A stretch of 22,146 bases of DNA from Oligoflexus sp. (GTDB lineage: Bacteria; Bdellovibrionota_B; Oligoflexia; Oligoflexales; Oligoflexaceae), in the NCBI GenBank assembly GCA_041736305.1, contig JBGSTX010000240.1, positions 1 to 22,146 of the forward strand, given 5' to 3'. A model generated the notes under the pieces. It searched no databases. It saw nothing but the letters and a program-made list of their open reading frames with translations, and was not told where the DNA came from. Below, one piece after another: positions 17,369-22,146 of the stretch. Position 1 is the first letter of the stretch; each line of letters opens with the position of its first letter. Both the position numbers and the translations under genes were made by a program.

Positions 17369-17762
17369 CCAGCATGCTGGCCCGCGGATCCGCCACATCT
17401 ATGCCGTCATGCGGATGCGAAGGCCAGCGAATCGTGAGAAGGGTGGAGTCCTCTTCAGCAACCCAAGTGTGAGGGACCCGAGGGCCCCAGATAACGTAGT
17501 CGCCTGCTTTAGAGAGCAAGACATCGGCTTCCGCGAAACTGATCTGAAACAGCCCATGGATGAGGACAGAAATAGTGGTCGCCTCGTGGTTCATAACCCA
17601 TGAGGAACGCTGTTCGCCGGCTCTGTGGCGGGCCCACTTCAGTTCGACCTCTGAACTGTGGCGCAGCGAATCTTGCTCACGCATAAAGTGTCCCACGAAC
17701 CAACCGCTTTCGTCTCCTAACTCATCAGTAGCGGCATTTCCATAAGTGTAACTTTTTGTCAT
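17298..17762 (-). CDS. Small cupin-fold protein
   Basis: ATG follows GAGGAG. GWFVGHF, VELKWARH..GE, LIHGLF, GDYVIWGPRVPHTW, LTIRWPS fit the cupin motif spacing. Confidence 0.8.
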   Translation of the reverse strand: MTKSYTYGNAATDELGDESGWFVGHFMREQDSLRHSSEVELKWARHRAGEQRSSWVMNHEATTISVLIHGLFQISFAEADVLLSKAGDYVIWGPRVPHTWVAEEDSTLLTIRWPSHPHDGIDVADPRASMLANSLPERAPSPSPHGLASPDTGA

Positions 17763-17789
17763 TTCAGCTTCTCCTCAGCGGCAAAAAGT

Positions 17790-17813
17790 AAAAAAGCCCT
17801 CCAAAAGAAGGGC
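17790..17813 (-). terminator. Intrinsic terminator downstream of the lipoprotein gene
   Basis: Minus strand GCCCTTC-TTTT-GGAGGGC followed by TTTTTT. Confidence 0.7.
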
Positions 17814-17885
17814 CCTTCTCTATAGGCAGCAAGTGGATTGCCGCCTAAGCATGAAATTTGTGAGGCTCCCGCCGCAGCTCCTGGC

Positions 17886-18296
17886 TTATTGCGGCGTCGT
17901 TGGAGTGGCAGCGCCGCCCATTGATGAGTCTGGAGTCGCGCTGCCTGGGGTTCCGCTAGCTGGGGGGCAGTTAGGATTGGTAGCACCCGAGTAAGGATCG
18001 CAGTTCATATCCGCTGACCCTGAAGTGGTTCCCGACGTACCGGTAGTACTGTCTGGTGTGTCGGTCATGCCTGTGTCAGAAGGGTTAGAAGTAGTGGATC
18101 CTGGTATATCTGTAGCCCCTGGGGTCGCCATATCGGAGGTCCCTGTGCCGGTAGCCGAGTTGGTGGTGCCGGTGTCAGGTGAAGATTCGGTGGTGCTACC
18201 GGGGCTGTTTTCATTGGTGCGGCGCGTACAGTTGGTCAAGGCTGTCGATAATGCAGCGACGCAGATCATAGATGAGAGCAGGTGATGCCTTTTCAT
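17886..18296 (-). CDS. Low-complexity Thr/Ser/Gly/Pro/Asp-rich lipoprotein
   Basis: GAGG RBS; basic-hydrophobic signal ending LTN-C (lipobox-like); disordered mature region. Confidence 0.78.
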   Translation of the reverse strand: MKRHHLLSSMICVAALSTALTNCTRRTNENSPGSTTESSPDTGTTNSATGTGTSDMATPGATDIPGSTTSNPSDTGMTDTPDSTTGTSGTTSGSADMNCDPYSGATNPNCPPASGTPGSATPDSSMGGAATPTTPQ

Positions 18297-18672
18297 TTCG
18301 GACTACCTCACAAAAAAATTATCAGACTTCGTCCCGAAAGATCCTTAAAACGTGGGTGGATCTTCGAGTTTTTATCCTAGCAAGTATCGTGCGAGATCAT
18401 GGGAGACCACATGAAAAAATGAGATGATCATAATCGCGTTACAAAAATCTCTTTTCATCATCGAGCGATCACCCCACACTCGCGCTGTCCATAGGTGGAG
18501 ACAGTAGACTGTAGGATAATCGCAGCAGCTAAACTCAAGCTGGACGATTTATACCGTCTAGTCCGTACTCCGTCAAAGCCAATGTTCTAAGCTTTTTTTG
18601 CAGTCGCTAAGCCCCTACAAAGCTGGCCACCGAGGAGAGAAGGCCTTGAAAACCCAGACCCACCCTTGCGTT

Positions 18673-18688
18673 TGGCCGAACTGTTGCA
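18673..18688 (+). promoter_or_regulatory. Putative sigma54 promoter
   Basis: TGGCCG-AACTG-TTGCA, GG-N10-GC, in a 660-bp intergenic region. Confidence 0.55.
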
Positions 18689-18959
18689 TTGCTCCGAGCG
18701 AGACCCGAGGGTTCGACCTCAACTGCAGTGCGACTTACCCTGGTTTACTAGTACATCTTTCATGACGTGCTTTTGCAAATAGAGATCCAGCTTGTGGAAA
18801 CAGCCATCATCGAGAAACAAAAATGTAGGCATCATCTCCCTACTTTGCCTTGGTCGCCGACCCTAGCTTGTTTAAGAATGGATGCAGCAGAGCAGGAAAG
18901 AAGGAGTTGAAAGCCCATTCCTACGTACTTTAGACAGTATGTAGCAGGAGAACAACTTA

Positions 18960-19421
18960 ATGAACGCAAACAACGCCCTTAGCTATACCGCCCCCCTGCG
19001 TAAGACTGATGAACTTTCGTCAGTTTCCCCGTCGCCTGCCGAAGCCCGCAGTCTCAGGAAAATCGCTAGCGTAAAGACGCTAGATTTGGAAAAGAGAGTT
19101 GGTTCACTCATCAAGACCGCTCAGGGGCAACTGATGCGCTCCGGGAGTCGCCGTGAGTGCTTTAGCTGGTCTCGCCCCAACAGCAGTAACAGGCTCGCGG
19201 ACGATAACAGCAGCTCCGCTACAGCAGCTCGCATTCTGCGCTCATCGCGCCGGGAAATGAGGGCCGGCGAGGCGGTGGTTTCCTTGGATGAGAGCCTAGA
19301 GAAAAATCGTGAATACTGGTGGATACCTGCAGAAAACTGCGATCAATCTGCCGTCAAGTTTGCGATGCAGAAGATGAACGTAGTCGTGCTTTCGGAAGAA
19401 GGTGTATTCGCACACTTCTAA
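18960..19421 (+). CDS. Hypothetical protein
   Basis: ATG follows AGGAG (18946-18950); 153 aa; no competing ORF; no recognised motif. Confidence 0.6.
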   Translation: MNANNALSYTAPLRKTDELSSVSPSPAEARSLRKIASVKTLDLEKRVGSLIKTAQGQLMRSGSRRECFSWSRPNSSNRLADDNSSSATAARILRSSRREMRAGEAVVSLDESLEKNREYWWIPAENCDQSAVKFAMQKMNVVVLSEEGVFAHF

Positions 19422-19591
19422 GCGAAGTCCTCAATTCCCTCAGCTGACTTCAGGCTGTGAAGGAATCCTAGGTAAGTTCACGGATGGCCACCCTCATCGC
19501 TATAGCCTACCTTTACGTTGTTTGAACGTAATGCCCGAGCTTCGGAATCTGGAAGCTTGCAGCTCACGATTAAAACGATAAAGGAGACTTT

Positions 19592-20476
19592 ATGTCTGAA
19601 CGCACTCATTCCCGAGACGATCGATCCTATCGCAGCGATTCACCTCAGCAGGTGGATGAAAACTCCCGTGAACGTCAGGTCCGCTGGCAGGATCACGAAG
19701 GTGACCATAGTTCAAACGAGTTTGACGAGCGCTTTGCCCACGCAAGTCGCGATATGCGGGAAAGTTTCCAGCCACAGTTCGAACGCGGGGGTCGTGAGTG
19801 GAGCGGCGGTCGGGGCGACGAATGGCAGCGGCGTCGCGGAGAACGCGACCATTATCCACGAAACCAGTCTGGCTCCGAGCGCAGCCGTCCTTACGATCGA
19901 AACTTCGATCTAGCTCAAGAGCAAAAATCTAAGCCAAGGTCCAGGCCTTCTGCAGACGGAGAGCGCTGGGGACATTATCCATCTGGCCGTTTATCTCCAG
20001 CCTTCTTTGACGAAGACTCCCAGTCTGGAGGTTGGGATTATGAGCATTCGCAAGTTTCAGGACGTCGCCATGATGATGATCTGTCCCGTATGCGTGGCCA
20101 GAGTGATCGCCAGTCTTCACGATCGTCTGCGGCAGACCAGTCTTCCCCTGCCCCCGTTTCAGCTAGGGGCAAGGGGCCTAAGGGGTATCAACGTTCTGAT
20201 GAACGGATTAGGGAAGAAGTCTGCGATGAACTGACCCGTCACCACGCAATCGACGCTTCTCATATGGAAGTCGAAGTGAACCAGGCCGAGGTAACTCTTA
20301 AGGGATACGTGCAGAGACGACAGGAAAAATATCTGGCCGAGGATCTCTGTGAGGGAATCATGGGTGTTAAAGAAGTCCATAACCTTCTCCGAGTCGGCCA
20401 AGACTCCAGTCGCAGCCAGGCGGTAGACCGCAACGATACGGCGAACAAGTCGAATCAAACTCAGGCACAGCTGTAG
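19592..20476 (+). CDS. BON-domain protein with long disordered Arg/Asp/Glu/Ser-rich N-terminus
   Basis: AAGGAG RBS. C-terminal GKGPKGYQRSDERIREEVCDELT...EVEVNQAEVTLKGYV...GVKEVHNLLRV is a BON domain. Confidence 0.9.
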   Translation: MSERTHSRDDRSYRSDSPQQVDENSRERQVRWQDHEGDHSSNEFDERFAHASRDMRESFQPQFERGGREWSGGRGDEWQRRRGERDHYPRNQSGSERSRPYDRNFDLAQEQKSKPRSRPSADGERWGHYPSGRLSPAFFDEDSQSGGWDYEHSQVSGRRHDDDLSRMRGQSDRQSSRSSAADQSSPAPVSARGKGPKGYQRSDERIREEVCDELTRHHAIDASHMEVEVNQAEVTLKGYVQRRQEKYLAEDLCEGIMGVKEVHNLLRVGQDSSRSQAVDRNDTANKSNQTQAQL

Positions 20477-20477
20477 C

Positions 20478-20508
20478 AAAAAAGAAGGCCTTCCCACTGG
20501 GAAGGCCT
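20478..20508 (-). terminator. Intrinsic terminator between convergent genes (U-tract on the minus strand; may be bidirectional)
   Basis: 10-bp stem AGGCCTTCCC-ACT-GGGAAGGCCT (20486-20508) with an A-tract at 20478-20483. Confidence 0.85.
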
Positions 20509-20529
20509 GCATGCATAAGAGCGCGAGAA

Positions 20530-20826
20530 TCAAGCCGTAGCTTTATCCGTACCGCTGACCTTCACGAGTTTATTATAAAGACCAAGGATGAGTAGGGTGG
20601 GAGCCCACTGCCCTACAAAGGTGCTATTCTGCTTTTTGCCCATAATCTGAAGAGCTGCCGAGGCAACGATAGATCCACATGCAGCCCAGAGGAAGAGATC
20701 AGAAGGGAGCTTTGCGGTCTGCTGTTCGATAGCGCGCGCAATAGGACCTTCTAGATGCTCGTCATTCTCGATCACGCCTTCTTTTGCATCTTTGACATTC
20801 TTTTTGAAAGCTGATGAAATTGCCAT
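20530..20826 (-). CDS. Small membrane protein of unknown function
   Basis: ATG 20826 follows GGAG. Two hydrophobic segments; sequence EQQTAKLPSDLFLWAA...FVGQWAPTLLILGLYNKLVK resembles a conserved hypothetical family as I recall it. Confidence 0.82.
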   Translation of the reverse strand: MAISSAFKKNVKDAKEGVIENDEHLEGPIARAIEQQTAKLPSDLFLWAACGSIVASAALQIMGKKQNSTFVGQWAPTLLILGLYNKLVKVSGTDKATA

Positions 20827-20920
20827 GCTGATCTCCATTGGTGATTAGATACTTAGGTGGTGCTGCTCTGCAAACACCGATGAATAATTCTTACACCATC
20901 TAGATGCCAAACCCAAACTA

Positions 20921-21970
20921 TTAAAACTGCGGAACACTGGCGTTTTCTGGGTGATTTTCTCTATCCGGCATCTGATAGCGAGCGATGTCTTGCGCGGCAG
21001 ATCGGGAAAGCTGTCGACTTTGAGTTGCGAGCAAGACGCGTCCACTCATAGCATGAGTCGAGGATTTTTCTGGAGCCGGTAGAATGCGGTTCACCAGGGT
21101 GAGAGCGCCGCTCGAAAAATTCGGAAAGAGAGTATAGATCGTGGCTCCGACTTTAGCCGCCACGCCGACGATCTTAAAGGCTTGCCCGCGTACTGTAGCA
21201 TCAACGATCTCTCGGGAGGCTCGTTCGGCGTCGATCGACAATCCCGGCATCGATGCCAAAGTCGAGAACCACGTGTACTCTCCCGCTCCTTTGAACTGGG
21301 CATTGACATGTGAGGCTGTCCGCATTAGGCCCGGCACGATCGTGCTGACTTTGATTCCGTAGCGATGGAGTTCGGCATGTAAACCTCGGGAGAGGCCGAG
21401 TGCCGCGAATTTTGCGCTGCTGTATGGCACCAGGTGGGGTAGACTCACCATGGCACCGATTGAAGTGATGTTGACTATATGGCCACTGCGCTTCTGCTGG
21501 AAGAGTGGCAGTACCGCGAGTGTCGGATAGAGTTGCCCCCAGAACATCACATCGTGAGCCTGCTTAAAATCTTCGACGCCGTTCGCGCTCATAGGTCCGA
21601 CAGAGATGATTCCCGCATTGTTCACCAGAACATCGATGCTTCCATAGCGGGCTACGACGCGTTCGATCATTTCGCGAACAGCTTCCTCGCGTGCGACGTC
21701 ACAACTGAAAACAGCGACTTCGCTCACGCCCTCGGCATGGAGCCATTCCTTGGCATGCTGCAGTTCATCTTCGCGGCGCGCGACTATAGCTATTTTCGCT
21801 TTTAAACGGCCAAAGTCGCGAGCCATGATCATGCCTAAGCCCTTGGAGCCGCCGGTGATCACGACCACCTTGTTCTCGAAATCAAATTTCCGAGGCCAGA
21901 GCTTCTTGTAAGCAAGATAGCCGCCTAAGGCCAAGACTCCGCCTTTGAGCAGTGTATGATTTTTTTTCAT
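20921..21970 (-). CDS. Short-chain dehydrogenase/reductase (classical SDR) with N-terminal membrane anchor
   Basis: TGGSKGLG, DVLVNNAG, NITS, YSSAK; GGAG RBS; hydrophobic GGVLALGGYLAY N-terminus. Confidence 0.93.
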   Translation of the reverse strand: MKKNHTLLKGGVLALGGYLAYKKLWPRKFDFENKVVVITGGSKGLGMIMARDFGRLKAKIAIVARREDELQHAKEWLHAEGVSEVAVFSCDVAREEAVREMIERVVARYGSIDVLVNNAGIISVGPMSANGVEDFKQAHDVMFWGQLYPTLAVLPLFQQKRSGHIVNITSIGAMVSLPHLVPYSSAKFAALGLSRGLHAELHRYGIKVSTIVPGLMRTASHVNAQFKGAGEYTWFSTLASMPGLSIDAERASREIVDATVRGQAFKIVGVAAKVGATIYTLFPNFSSGALTLVNRILPAPEKSSTHAMSGRVLLATQSRQLSRSAAQDIARYQMPDRENHPENASVPQF

Positions 21971-21990
21971 CAAGTTTTCTCCAATTGAAA

Positions 21991-22146
21991 CCTCGTCCTT
22001 TAGGACGAGGAGGAATTTGGAGGGATCAATCTCCCAGGTCGGAGATAATCCCCAAAGGGTGCCGGTCTTTCCCGGCTGTCAGTCTCGTGAGAGACATCTG
22101 AGTTACCTCAGCGTACTCCGCTTGCGCGGGTAAAGGTCTCCTCGCC
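21991..22146 (-). ncRNA. Candidate structured RNA (six tandem hairpins), probably truncated by the window end
   Basis: Minus-strand stems: CCGC-GCAA-GCGG, CTGAG-GTAA-CTCAG, GTCTC-TCAC-GAGAC, GCCGG-GAAAGA-CCGGC, GGGAT.ATCTCC-GACCTG-GGAGAT..ATCCC, CCTCGTCC-TAAA-GGACGAGG. Confidence 0.5.

Noticed and set aside
18707-18720. tRNA T-arm-like GGTTCGA hairpin
   Set aside because: No acceptor, D or anticodon arms can be built around it.
18856-18863. GCCGA as a sigma28 -10 box for the 153-aa gene
   Set aside because: Poor match (GCCGACCC) and no -35 element at the required spacing.
20895-20909. Sigma54-like TGGCATCTAGATGGT upstream of the small membrane protein
   Set aside because: Lacks the -12 GC; only an internal CATCTAGATG palindrome remains, which may be chance.
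274-21805. Numerous 60-180 aa ORFs nested in or antisense to the called genes (e.g. 559-1044, 10239-10784, 15564-16085, 17759-17986, 19518-19913)
   Set aside because: Shadow ORFs with no recognisable motifs, overlapping better-supported genes or a terminator.
21974-22078. Open frame continuing upstream of the SDR start
   Set aside because: No start codon before the in-frame stop at 22079-22081; the RBS sits directly before 21973/21970.
1-22146. CRISPR array, insertion sequence, prophage or defence system
   Set aside because: No regularly spaced direct repeats, transposase, integrase, phage or nuclease motifs seen by eye.

Overview
A bacterial chromosomal window with no rRNA, tRNA, CRISPR array or transposase seen. 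The gene content looks like Bdellovibrionota/Oligoflexia, but that is inference only. There are three blocks. (1) 1-7.2 kb is an envelope/signalling block: the N-terminus of a gene running off the left edge, an outer-membrane beta-barrel, and a FecR-like proline-rich membrane protein transcribed divergently, from back-to-back sigma28-like promoters, from an operon of a HAMP-SpoIIE/PP2C phosphatase and two exported proteins of unknown function. (2) 7.2-17.4 kb is a divergent galactose/galactofuranose cluster. Its leftward arm is GT4 glycosyltransferase, GH1-RmlD fusion and UDP-galactopyranose mutase (glf) behind a sigma54-like promoter. Its rightward arm is GH2 glycosidase, galT, an M24-fold protein lacking most metal ligands, and galK. 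The best candidate for an undescribed system is this cluster, read as a cytoplasmic make-and-recycle pathway for a galactofuranose-type glycoside. (3) 17.3-22.1 kb holds stress-type genes (cupin, low-complexity lipoprotein, orphan, cytoplasmic BON protein, small membrane protein, SDR) and ends in a dense run of tandem hairpins with GNRA loops that looks like a structured ncRNA cut by the window edge.
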